A stretch of 64,000 bases of DNA from an uncultured Christensenellaceae bacterium. Lineage in GTDB: Bacteria > Bacillota > Clostridia > Christensenellales > UBA3700. The position numbers and the translations under genes are program-made. The notes under the pieces were generated by a model. The model was not told the DNA's origin and did not search any database. It worked only from the letters and a program-made list of their open reading frames with translations. Below are positions 8,522 through 19,500 of this stretch, one piece after another (the stretch's first letter is position 1; each line of letters opens with the position of its first letter). Location of the stretch: positions 12,901 to 76,900 of the forward strand of contig CALWHB010000003.1 in NCBI GenBank assembly GCA_944380275.1, in the 5' to 3' direction.

Positions 8522-10282
8522 ATGCAGAAAAAAGCAGTCGCGCTAAGCGGCGTAAAAACACAATTATTCGGCACTGTCGACTTTGACTATGTATGCAAAA
8601 ACGGCGACGTAAAAATAAGCACGGTATGCGACGGCGACGTAATGACGGTAACGGCAGACTGTTCAAGCCCTTCAGAACTCTCTTATCTCAGGATGACTAC
8701 TGATTTCTCTTACGGCAAGGATTGCAAAGTATTCGTAAACGGCTTTCAGTCCTGGACCGACAGTATGGAATATCCCGCAGCTGCCAGACAGTACACACCT
8801 TCTTCTCTGATGAACAAATTCGTATACGGCAAATTTGCGCGCAACAACGGGCTGTCCTGCTCAGGAGATTATGCAATATACAAGCCCGTACACACCGCAG
8901 GAAGGTTTTACGGTTTCTCGTACGGATACGTAAGACGCGGCGACGTGATAACTCTCGTAGGGTCGCTTGACGACAGCACGGGATACACAATATTCGACTT
9001 CGACACGGTAAACGGAAAACTGCGCATAACAGTCGACCTGAAAGGCAGAATCCTTGAAACAGGCAAAAACACGCTTGCTAAAATCACCGGCATATCCGGC
9101 GGATACGACGAAACCTTTGACAGATATTTTGCCGCAATGGGAATAAAATGCCGTCCTTGTCCTCTCAAAAAAGGATATACGACCTGGTACAACTACTACA
9201 CGAACATCGACGCACAGATAATCGACCGTGACTTACATGCGCTGAGCGAGTGCGGCATAAAAACAGACGTATTCCAGATTGACGACGGCTATCAGCGTAC
9301 CGTAGGTGACTGGCTTGAGCTTAAACCGGGATTTTATTCTGTACTTAACGACATAAACAAGGACAAAAGCGAAAACGGACACGACGTCGCTCAGATAGAC
9401 GAAAACGAGGGCATGAAACCCATCGCGGATATGATTCACTCAAAAGGTATGCTGGCTGGAATCTGGCTTGCCCCCTTCGCGGTTACGCCTTTCTCCGAAA
9501 TATATAAAAAGCATAAAGACTGGCTGATAAAAGACGAAAAAGACAGACCGGTACGTGCCGGTGCAAACTGGGGCGGATTTTACGCTCTTGACATATACAA
9601 CGAAGAAGTACGCGCGCATCTCAAAAACGTATTCGACGTCGTACTCAACAAATGGGGTTACGACCTCGTAAAACTCGATTTCCTTTACGCTGCCGGATTT
9701 ATGCCTTACAGAGGCAAATGCCGTGCAAAGATAATGTACGACGCCATGGACCTGCTCAGAGAGTGTGTGAGCGACAAACTGATACTCGGTTGCGGTGTTC
9801 CCCTTATGCCCGCTTTCGGCAAGGTGGATTACTGCCGTATCGGAGCGGACATATCTCTGAAATGGCATAAAAATGATTTCGATACGAGAGAAGGCGTTTC
9901 CACTTCTCACGCAGTCGCAAACTCTGCTTTCCGCAGGCATCTCGACGGCAGAGCTTTCGGCAACGACCCGGACGTATTCCTGCTGCGAAACGGAAATCTC
10001 GATATGACGTTCAGACAAAAATCCGCACTTGCAGAAATAAACAAGCTGTTCGGCAGCGTTCTGTTCACATCTGACAACGTCGCAGAATACAACGACCTGC
10101 AAAAAAAGACTCTTTCGCACGTATTCAACGGCAGACGCGCTCAGATAAACGACGTAAGTATGAACGAGAAGTTCGTTCTGTCCGTGCGCTATGATTACGG
10201 CGATGGCGAAAAGGAGCTTGATATCGCGCTTTACAGCGGCATTGTAAACAAAGGCGAGAATAACTTCAGCATAGCGGACTGA
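8522..10282 (+). CDS. GH36-type alpha-galactosidase (TmGalA-like subgroup)
   Basis: 586 aa. FQIDDGYQ, GIWLAPF, VKLDFLY (putative nucleophile Asp) and GCGVPLMP motifs resemble the short GH36 alpha-galactosidases. SD AAGGAG. Adjacent to an AraC regulator. Confidence 0.7.
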   Translation: MQKKAVALSGVKTQLFGTVDFDYVCKNGDVKISTVCDGDVMTVTADCSSPSELSYLRMTTDFSYGKDCKVFVNGFQSWTDSMEYPAAARQYTPSSLMNKFVYGKFARNNGLSCSGDYAIYKPVHTAGRFYGFSYGYVRRGDVITLVGSLDDSTGYTIFDFDTVNGKLRITVDLKGRILETGKNTLAKITGISGGYDETFDRYFAAMGIKCRPCPLKKGYTTWYNYYTNIDAQIIDRDLHALSECGIKTDVFQIDDGYQRTVGDWLELKPGFYSVLNDINKDKSENGHDVAQIDENEGMKPIADMIHSKGMLAGIWLAPFAVTPFSEIYKKHKDWLIKDEKDRPVRAGANWGGFYALDIYNEEVRAHLKNVFDVVLNKWGYDLVKLDFLYAAGFMPYRGKCRAKIMYDAMDLLRECVSDKLILGCGVPLMPAFGKVDYCRIGADISLKWHKNDFDTREGVSTSHAVANSAFRRHLDGRAFGNDPDVFLLRNGNLDMTFRQKSALAEINKLFGSVLFTSDNVAEYNDLQKKTLSHVFNGRRAQINDVSMNEKFVLSVRYDYGDGEKELDIALYSGIVNKGENNFSIAD

Positions 10283-10489
10283 CACGGCAAAACGTCTTAA
10301 AACGCGTCTGACGAGAGGCGTAAAATCCCGTTGTTTTCTCTCTCCGCGCTTTAGTCGCCCTGTGTGCTTTTATGACAAACCGTCAGTTTATCAATAGTCT
10401 TGCCTGAGTGCAAAATGATTTTTCAATATCGGTTCGGTTATCCAATCCTTGAACGACCGGTAAAGAAAAACACGGCAAATTGATACATC

Positions 10490-10526
10490 AAAAAATACCT
10501 CCCCGTCAGGAGAGGTATTTTTATTT
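10490..10526. terminator. Bidirectional rho-independent terminator
   Basis: AAAAAATACCTCCCCgtcaGGAGAGGTATTTTTATTTTT between the convergent GH36 gene (+) and the giant operon (-). Confidence 0.75.
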
Positions 10527-10563
10527 TTGTCATCAACGGTTTTTCGTCTTTTTGAAAAGCTCG

Positions 10564-13500
10564 TTAAGCCAGGAATCCGTCATTATCGTGAACGGCATTT
10601 CTCTTGCGCTTTTTAATTACAGCGGCAACTATTACTCCTGCAACGGAGGCAAGTATAAGCACTCCGCATACGCAGCAAACCGCTATCACCGCAGCGTTGA
10701 TTTCGCCGTCCTTATTTCCTTCCCCGCTACCGTTGTCCCCGTTAAGCAAAGCGTTGAACTGAGCTACCAGCGCGTCATATTCAGCCTGAATTTCGCTCCT
10801 GTCTTCTTCTGCGATATTCTCATAGTAAGCGAGTATCTCGTCGTAAGCCTCCTGCTTTTCCACACTGAGTCCACCTTCTTTTATATTGCTAATCATCTGC
10901 GACAACACGTCAGGGTCAGCTGTTGTGGTTACCGCTTTCATAGAGGTCTTGCTCGTAAATCCTGCATAAGCTACGTATATCGAATAGTTGGAAGTTGCAC
11001 TGAGTCCGGTTACGATTATGGTATCACTTGCGTTGCTCATCTCGACCCATGAACCTCTGAGTCCTATTCTGTATGCGTAAACTCCCTCTTTTTCCAATAT
11101 GATTGTCGCCGTATTGTAACTCGTCTTTATCTCTTTGATTACCGGCGCGCTTTCGGGTTCGACGCTGAAAGAGCCCATCTCTACCGTATACTCGTAACAA
11201 TCTGCGTTGCGGTTGAACTCTACGTTCACAGAAGTGAAATAGTCCTTCATCTGATATACGCCGAACGCAAGCTGTTCGCTGTAACCGTCCTTGAGCGTTA
11301 CGGAAGAAACTTTTGCGGTATCTCCGCTTGCAAGGTTCTTGTTTGCCTTAATTGTTACATTTGCCGCAGCAGGTCTGACACCGAAACCTACGGTTGCACT
11401 TGCGGTAAACACGACTTTGAGTTTTTCAACCGTATAGGTAAACGTCGCGCTGCCGCTGCTGCTGACGTTACTTACGGTAACGGTAGCCGTATAAACTCCC
11501 GCCTTTGCGTTTTTAATCGTGGACATATCGTAAACATCGGTACCGTTGGTGTAGACGATTGAAGTTGCGCCGTAACCTTCGGGAAGTCCCGTGATGTCGA
11601 TACCCTGCACAGAGCCGTAAACGTCGCTGTCGTCAGAAATCCACTCTCTAATCTTTTCTTCGTCAAGGACTACCGCCTCTATAACAACGGTAACGTAAGC
11701 GCAATCATCGTTTACGAAATAGTTGTCATCAGAAAGCACCGCTTTTGCCATATGCGTTCCTACCGCATACGGAGCGTCAATAACTCCGCCTTCTGAATTA
11801 ACATACTCGCAAATCGCGGTAACGCCTTCGGCACCTTCAACCAGAAGAACTATTCCGGCAGGTTTGCCGTCGTAAGTCTTTGTAAGAACTCCTTCTACCG
11901 GTTCTTCTCCGTCAAGCGTCCAGACGACGTCAAGTCCGACTTTCGCCACGCTAAGACTGACATAACCGGACCATGCCTTGTAATTTCCTTCAGGTATGCT
12001 TACCTTAAGGCTGTACTCACCCGCGTCTGAAATCGCAAAGTCCTCGCTGTCTTTATACGTTACCACATAATCTACCGTTTCGCCGAAGATACCGCTGACC
12101 TGCCATACGGCATTTTCTTTAGTCCATACCTTATCGCCGTAATTACTGCTGAGCGCGGTAAACTTTGCCTTAATATCGTCTGTTACAGATACAGGCGTAA
12201 TCACAAATCTGACTTCATTTGCGTTGACGACGGTAATCGCGCAGGAATCGACAAAATTGTCTTTGGCAAGCGCGCTGACCGTAATAGCATAGCTGCCCGC
12301 AGACCTGTCAAAGTCCACGATATTATAAGCGAAGTCTACCATATTTGCGGGGTCATAATCTCCCTGTGCCGCGCCGCTGACTTCGTTCACGTAATAGTCA
12401 TAAGTCATATTATAGCTGACATACTCGTTTGCGTCCGTCGCATTGCCGAAAACTCCGTAAGGCACGCTCAGAGAATCGAACTCAAACGTTATCGTCATGG
12501 GAAGTATCAGCAAAGCAAGTTCCTGCTTAGTGTTTTTATAAGTAGCCGACGCATAGTTTTCATTTTCAGGAGTAAAGGTTACCATAAGATAATAAGGAGA
12601 GGTCTTACCTGCCTCTTTCCTTACGGTAACGGGCAATATCGCGTTTCCGTCTGAATCTGTCAGTTTATTCGTATAAGCAGAATCAGTATAATAAGCAACG
12701 CTGAAAGTTCCCAGTCCTTCAATCGTAATGTCATCCAGTGCCGCCACGTCGGCATTGTATGAGAAAGAGTACTGAGCATCGCTGCCTATGCCTTCTATGA
12801 CGAAATCTATCGTATGCGACTTTCCGTCGAAATAATACGAACGGCTGCCGGGGTCGGAAGTCAGAACGGGAGTCGCTTTGTTCACGGTAATATCAGCCTC
12901 AAGAACAAGCGCATAATAGCTTGTATCCTCTCCGAGAGGCGTATATTCGGACACCAGGCTCTCGTCGCTCACCTGGGTATTCTTCTTATCAAAGAGTACC
13001 GTCGCCCTGACGCTGTATTCTCCTGCGTTTACTACGCCCTCATAAGAAACCATTTCTCCGCTGCTCTTGAGGCAGTATTCATATCCAATGCCCTCGAGTA
13101 CGGCGTTCTGGACGAGTCCGCTGATTACGATTGTCTTGAGAGTGCTGTCGTAAGTGAACGTCATGTTGTCCATGCTCACTGCGTCTACCCTTACGAAAAT
13201 CTTATCTATCGTGAAGGTATCTGCAAGCAGCGTGCCTGAAACAGGATTCTCATAGTTTGCCATATCGCTTACGGACACGGTAACTTTGTAAACGCCTGAA
13301 TTTATCGGTGCGTCGACCGGTGTGCCGCTCTCGTCTGTGAACGTTACGTTGACGGTAGCATCCGTAACCGCCTCGTTGCCCATACCGAGAATCGCAACGG
13401 AAGATTTGACGTAATCTGTCATATCCGTTCCGTCATAAAGCCTGTTGGTCGAAGTCAGTGTATAACTGAGATAGGTAGAAGGAGCTTTTGTTACCGAAAC

Positions 13501-16500
13501 GGTTACTGCGTTTTCAAGTACAGAATTTCCTCCCCCTGCTATTTCATAATTCAGATTGTCTGCAAGGATTACGTTTATCGTATATTCCCCGGCATTTCTG
13601 ACAAAATTGACTTTTTTATCTCCGGAATAATATTCTATGTTGAGATAATTTTCAAGTCCGACGTAAGCGTCGAGTTTGTTTCCTATAATCATATCAAGCG
13701 AGTAACTCTGATTTGTCGCGTTATACTCAAACGTGCCTCCTCCGAAATCAGAAGTTATCTTCTCAATCTGTTTTTTATTTACGGTAACGGTTACCGTTAC
13801 GGGGTCAGCGGTATAATTGTTGCCCTCATACGAAACGACAATTGTATATTTTCCCGCGTTCCATGTGTCGTCCCAGTTTACAACGGTTCCCGTAATTGAC
13901 GTATCGTCGCCTGCATACGCTTTGATAACGATTTTGCCTTCGTCCGGTTCAAATCCTATCGTGGCAATTGTCGCGTCGATAGCAGTCTTTTCATCTCCGT
14001 AAGCATAAACGTATTCGTTCTGCGTTACGGCAATCTGTGTGGGCGCAGGCAGGATTGTCAGCGTTGCGGTATAAGACTGCGCTACATAATTTGCCGCATC
14101 TTCACCCTCAACGGAAAGCACTTTGACGTAAGTCCCTGCGTTTCTAATCTCAGAGTTGTCAAATACTATTTCCAGGATATCCTCGTTGATTACTCCTTCT
14201 ATTCTCGCCGTCGGGGTCCAGGTTTCGGCATTGTAAACGACGCTGTTGCCGGTTTCAAGAGAATCTCCCGACTGCCATCCCTCAAAGAACACGGTAACCG
14301 CTTTGGGGGAAACAAACAGCCTTGACGTATCCGCAAAAGATATATCATAATTAGTTCCCGGCTGTGCGCTTACGAGAGTAGCAGAAAAATCTACGTAATC
14401 CGAAAGATTGTATCCCTCCTCGTTTACGGTGAGTCTGTCGAGAGAGGTAACGCCTTCTTTGTAGACTCCGATGATATTGTTGAGAGTATCGCCGTAAATA
14501 AGACTTCCGCCTGATATGCTGCCGGTAAACGTCGGGAGCGAACTTGCGCCGTAAGTAACGCTGATGTCATCCACGGTAACCGTAATAGAACGCTTTGTAA
14601 CCGTAAGTTTACCGCTTTCCGAAGTCGTATTCACAGTATAGTTCTGATTATCCGCACTGACGGTAATATCATAACTTCCCACGACGAGTATGCCGCTCTG
14701 AACAGAGAAGTTCACCTTGAGCTGAGCAGCGTTCTCATAATCGTTCCATACCGTAACCCCGTCATCGCTGTATACTGTATAGTCGCTGAACAACACTTCT
14801 TCTCCGTAAACAGAAGATACGTCGCCTGCTTTGATGTATATGGTTTTTCTCACCACGTTAAGAACGCCCGGTATTACGTTGAACGTATAATTTGCCGTGT
14901 TTCCGTCAGTTACCGCAACGACCTCGCCGTAAAGCGGATAGCTGCCTACCGTTGAATAACGCTCTGCATTGGTAAAATAATTTATCTGCAATTCTATTGC
15001 GTTGTCGTCAGAGGTATATTTTGCGTTTCCGAGAGAAATTTCGTCGCCGTAAACTATTTTTACCTCACTGCCGTCCAGCGTTACGTTTACCGCCTTTGGA
15101 GTAATCGTGAAATAAAGCGCCCTTGTAACATAATTGTCGTCAGCACCGAATACGTATCTGAACATTGCCATATAATCGCCTGCGTCCGAAGGTCTTCCCG
15201 TGAGCTGATTGTCATACTCTCCGCTCTCGCTCTTTGAATACCATACAACCTCATCCACGTTCTCCTCTTCGTTGCCGCCGTAACTGCCCTTTGCAACAAT
15301 TTCGGGCGACTGTCCGAAGACGTAAGACGCAATCGTCGTCTGCTCTCCGTTCACCGTAATAGTAATGCTTGCGTCAAGTACGTTTACGATAATCGTAACG
15401 GGTTCAAACACGTAATTGTCAGAGTCGATGTTACCGACGGTAACTGTCGTCTTGAACACTGCCTTTCCGTCTGCAAAACTGAGCGTATCTGATTCAACGT
15501 CTGCAACGAAAGTCTGATGATTCAGACTGGAATTGTCATAAACGCCTGTATCGTCAACAAGCAGCAAATCTATCGACGGCAGGTAGTCCGCTATCGTCGT
15601 AACGGGAATTTCATCCTGCTTTATTACCGTAACGAACTGAGTATCCGAGCCGATAAGTGTAAGCGTGTATTTTTCTATACTGAACGAAACGGTTTTCTGA
15701 GCCGACTCATAGTTGGAGCTTGCCGCAACAGAAACTGTAAACGTGTACAGTCCCGCGTTGACTGCGGTATTATCAATCGCTTTATCGCCCTCCACCGTGA
15801 ACGTAACCTCGCCGTAAGCATCGTTTTCAATCTGCGTACCTATGCTGTATGACGGGGTCTGAGCCTTTCCGGAATAGACGAGGCTCTGATTGTCCTCGAC
15901 ATCAATTGTCAGCTGGGCTTTCTGTACGGTAAGAAGATAGGGAACTTCACAAGCGTTGTAGTTGTTTGTTCCTGCAAATACCAGCGTAATTTCATAATTT
16001 GTCGCACCTTTTATTTCGGCACTCTGATTTACCGTTACATAATTTCTGAGAGAAGACGCGTCTGCCATACCGGGAGCGGAAATGCTGTATTCCGCCTCTC
16101 TCTCAAGACCGTTGTATACGATGCTCTGTACGGGCGTTATAACAACGTCGGCTTTATTGACGGTAAACTGCGTCGTCGCCGTCGCCTGCTTATACGCACT
16201 TCCCTCTGCAACGGTTATTTCAACCTCGTAAACGTCTGCGTTTACAGGGCTTTCAACAGATTTGTTATAAGTTATCACGACGTCGCCGGTAAGGTCTGCC
16301 ATATTTTCTTCCTGCGCAACGCCTACGAGCGTATAAACTATGTTCTTCGGTGTGCCGTCATAAACTGCCTCTACGCTATCGAATCTGATTTCCGCAATCT
16401 CTGCTTTTTCGATTGTGAAAGTTCCGTTGACGATATTTCCCACTTTATAGTTGGAATTGGCAAATGCTGCCGTTGCGACATAATCCGCAGGCATAATCGC

Positions 16501-19500
16501 CTCTGCTCCGCCATTGTAACTCATTTCGACAGCCGCATCTTCGCCGTCAAGCACTCCTGCGGTTCCGTCCTGAGTCTGCAAAGCGAAATCAAGCACTTTG
16601 TTAGTATTGTCGTAAATAAGACTTTCTGCGAGCGTAAGCGTAACGTCTACCGACCTCTGCTCTATCACAAGTCCCGTCGTTCCGTCGACGTAAAGTTCGC
16701 TGCCGTTTACTATTATTCTGCCTATCTTGTATTTGCCCGTTTCAGGAGTTATTTTTATAAGATAGTTGCCCGCGTTGACTACGTTCTGATATATCTGCCC
16801 GTCTTTTTCGTACTCAAGCGTGTACACCTTGTCTACGCCTATACGCACGTTTTCGTCAAGCGTCATCTGCGCGTTGTGAGCATAAGTGCCGTCGTATATG
16901 CCGCCCGTCGCGCTGAGCGTACCGTTGATTTCGCGTTCGTTTATTTTCAGATTGCCTGAACTTACGGCAAAATCATAGTCGTTTGCAATAACCTGAGCAG
17001 CCCCTTCTACAAGAGCCGATTCAACCGTTGTCGGGTAATTCCCCGCAACGGTAAGCGCGTTGACGTCGGGATTTTCCGTCTTTACAGTAAAGACAAAACT
17101 GTCTTTATCATTTCCTACCCAGCTGCCGCTTGCCGTAACTACCGCAGAATTAAGAACCTCTGCCGGGTCATTGCCATATGTGGATTCAACCGTTCCGGCA
17201 GAAAGCTGTATAGATACTTTACTTATAGTAAAATCCGTTACGTTGATGGGCAGACTTATATTGTCCGTAAGTACGTTTTCTGCACTTCCGCCGTAAGTTA
17301 CCTTCGCAGTAGCCGTATAATTGCCGGCGTGATACGGCAGATTGGAATAGAACATGTCGTCAGACGGCGCGCTGTAAGAAACCACAACACCGAAAGACGA
17401 CGGATTGCAAAGTTCGTTTCCTTGCAGGAACCCGTCAAATCTCGCTGTTACACTCTTTGGCGAACCGTCGTATTTCAAGCCATCGGTTCCTTCCCATACA
17501 AGAGTCGCCTGGAAGGGATTTACCGTGATTGTCTTTGAAGTATAACTTTCCTTGACTGCGCAGTAGTAATATGAGCCGTCCTTTTCTATAAATTTTTTCT
17601 GAAGATTAGACGGTTTGTTGTATGTAAGCGTATAATTTCCGCTGTCGCCCGAACCTTCAAATTTATATCCGCTGACGGCATAGCTCTTTTCACTCGCGTT
17701 GGTAATCGTGCTTGAAGAAGAAAGCGTAAAGTTGGACGCTCCGCCAATTATTCCTTCAAGTTCGCTTGCGCTGAAATTGACCTTATTGCCCGTACCGTAA
17801 TCAGAATCGTAACCCACGAACGCAGGAACGTAAAGATAATTGCCGTTGTACGTGTAGGAATAGGCACTACCGCTGCCGGTATAACCGTCGTCGTATCTGT
17901 CTGTGCCGTCATATGCCTTTGACATATCAAAGTCCATATACAGATATGAACCGTATATTGCTGAAACGCTGAAGGCAGTCGCATCGTTGCCTGTGGGATT
18001 GGACGAGGTGAACGTGGACGTACCAATCTTGTTGGCAGTCGCTCCTATATCGGGATTAACGGTAGAATCGTATCCGGTATACATTGCCGGAACGTAAACG
18101 CTGCCGTTGCCGAAATTGTTATATGTTTTAGTATATATAGAATACAAATCGTAAGCGGTGTCCGACCCCTGCTTTATCTGATACACAAAGTTCTTCTCGC
18201 TCTGATTAGAAACCTTATAATACATACCTCTTATATTGTTTGCGTCGTCTGCAGTGGTATTTTCGTTGTATGAATATGAACCGTCCATAGCGGTATTGCG
18301 CGCAAATATAAACTCGTTGCCAAGCGTCGAAGCGTCAACGAGAGTGTAAGTCCAGTTCCACCTTATCCAACTGTTTTTAGCCTCGTCTATTCCTGCAATC
18401 TCATGTATCGCAAACGGATGATGAGTCTTAATCGTCTGCGCCATAGCTGAAGTCATATAAACGTTGTTGAGCACGACTGTCTTTCCCCTGTACATCGCGC
18501 CTATACCGTAAGAATCTCTCATTTCGCTCGCGTTTGTATAGGAAGAAGTATTCTTGTCGCCGTAGTCGTGGTCGATAGAGTCCGTAGCGGTAGAACAAGC
18601 CCAGTTCGCTACGCCGCCCGTCGAAAGGTAATTGGATTTTACCGCGCCACCAGATTTTGTCAGGTTGATATAGACACCGTTTACTTCGAGCCCAGCATTA
18701 GCAGCCTTTGACAGCCAGCCCACGAGACCACCTGTTAAAACTGTTGCATAGCCGTTTTTTTGAACTACCCCTGCCCAGTTTTTACTACTATATGTGTGTG
18801 CCTCAGATTCAAGCGAACCGCTTCCGAGAAGAGAAATTTTTCTGAGATAGACCCTTCCGTTTCCGATTTGTCCAACAAAACCTCCTGTATTTATCATAAG
18901 TCTGTTAGAATTCGAGCTGTTCTGCTGACCGACGTTGATAAGAGTGCCGTTGTAAGTCACGTTGGTATAAGATATGACGCCGCCGGTTGCAAACGCTGTA
19001 ACGCCGCCGAAGATGTTCGCCATATTATCGCCGCCCCACGCGTTTCCTTCATTTCCTACCGCAGCGGCGTTATTCTGCAACCTGAGATTACCTGTATAAG
19101 TAACTGTACAATTGTGAATAAGACCGCCAGACATTCCGCCCGCTATACCGCCTATTCTTGCCATATATGCGCTTTCCCCGTCAGGCTGATTGGATTTTCC
19201 CGCATTGCCGGTATTGAATCCGAACAATGAGCCGCCGCTCGCAGCGTTGATTACGACGTTGAGATCCTTTATCGTACCGGTAAGATATTTGACGAGAAAA
19301 CCGTACGTTCCGTCTCCGTTCTGAAAATTGTATACCGCGTTTGAAGGCATATTGATTGTTACAGTGTGTCCGTTGCCGTACAGCACGCCGCCGAAAGTAC
19401 CGTTTGCAGCCGCTGACGTATTTCCCGTCGATGCCGTATACGATATATCCCCCGTGAGATAATGCTTTCCGTTGCCTTTCAAAGCACTATCCAACGAAGA

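Noticed and set aside
10282-10480. The 10-bp direct repeat ACACGGCAAA flanks a ~190-bp non-coding stretch after the GH36 gene. It could be the target-site duplication of a decayed MITE.
   Set aside because: I found no terminal inverted repeats inside the flanks. By my rough estimate, about ten such 10-mer pairs within 200 nt of each other are expected by chance in 64 kb.
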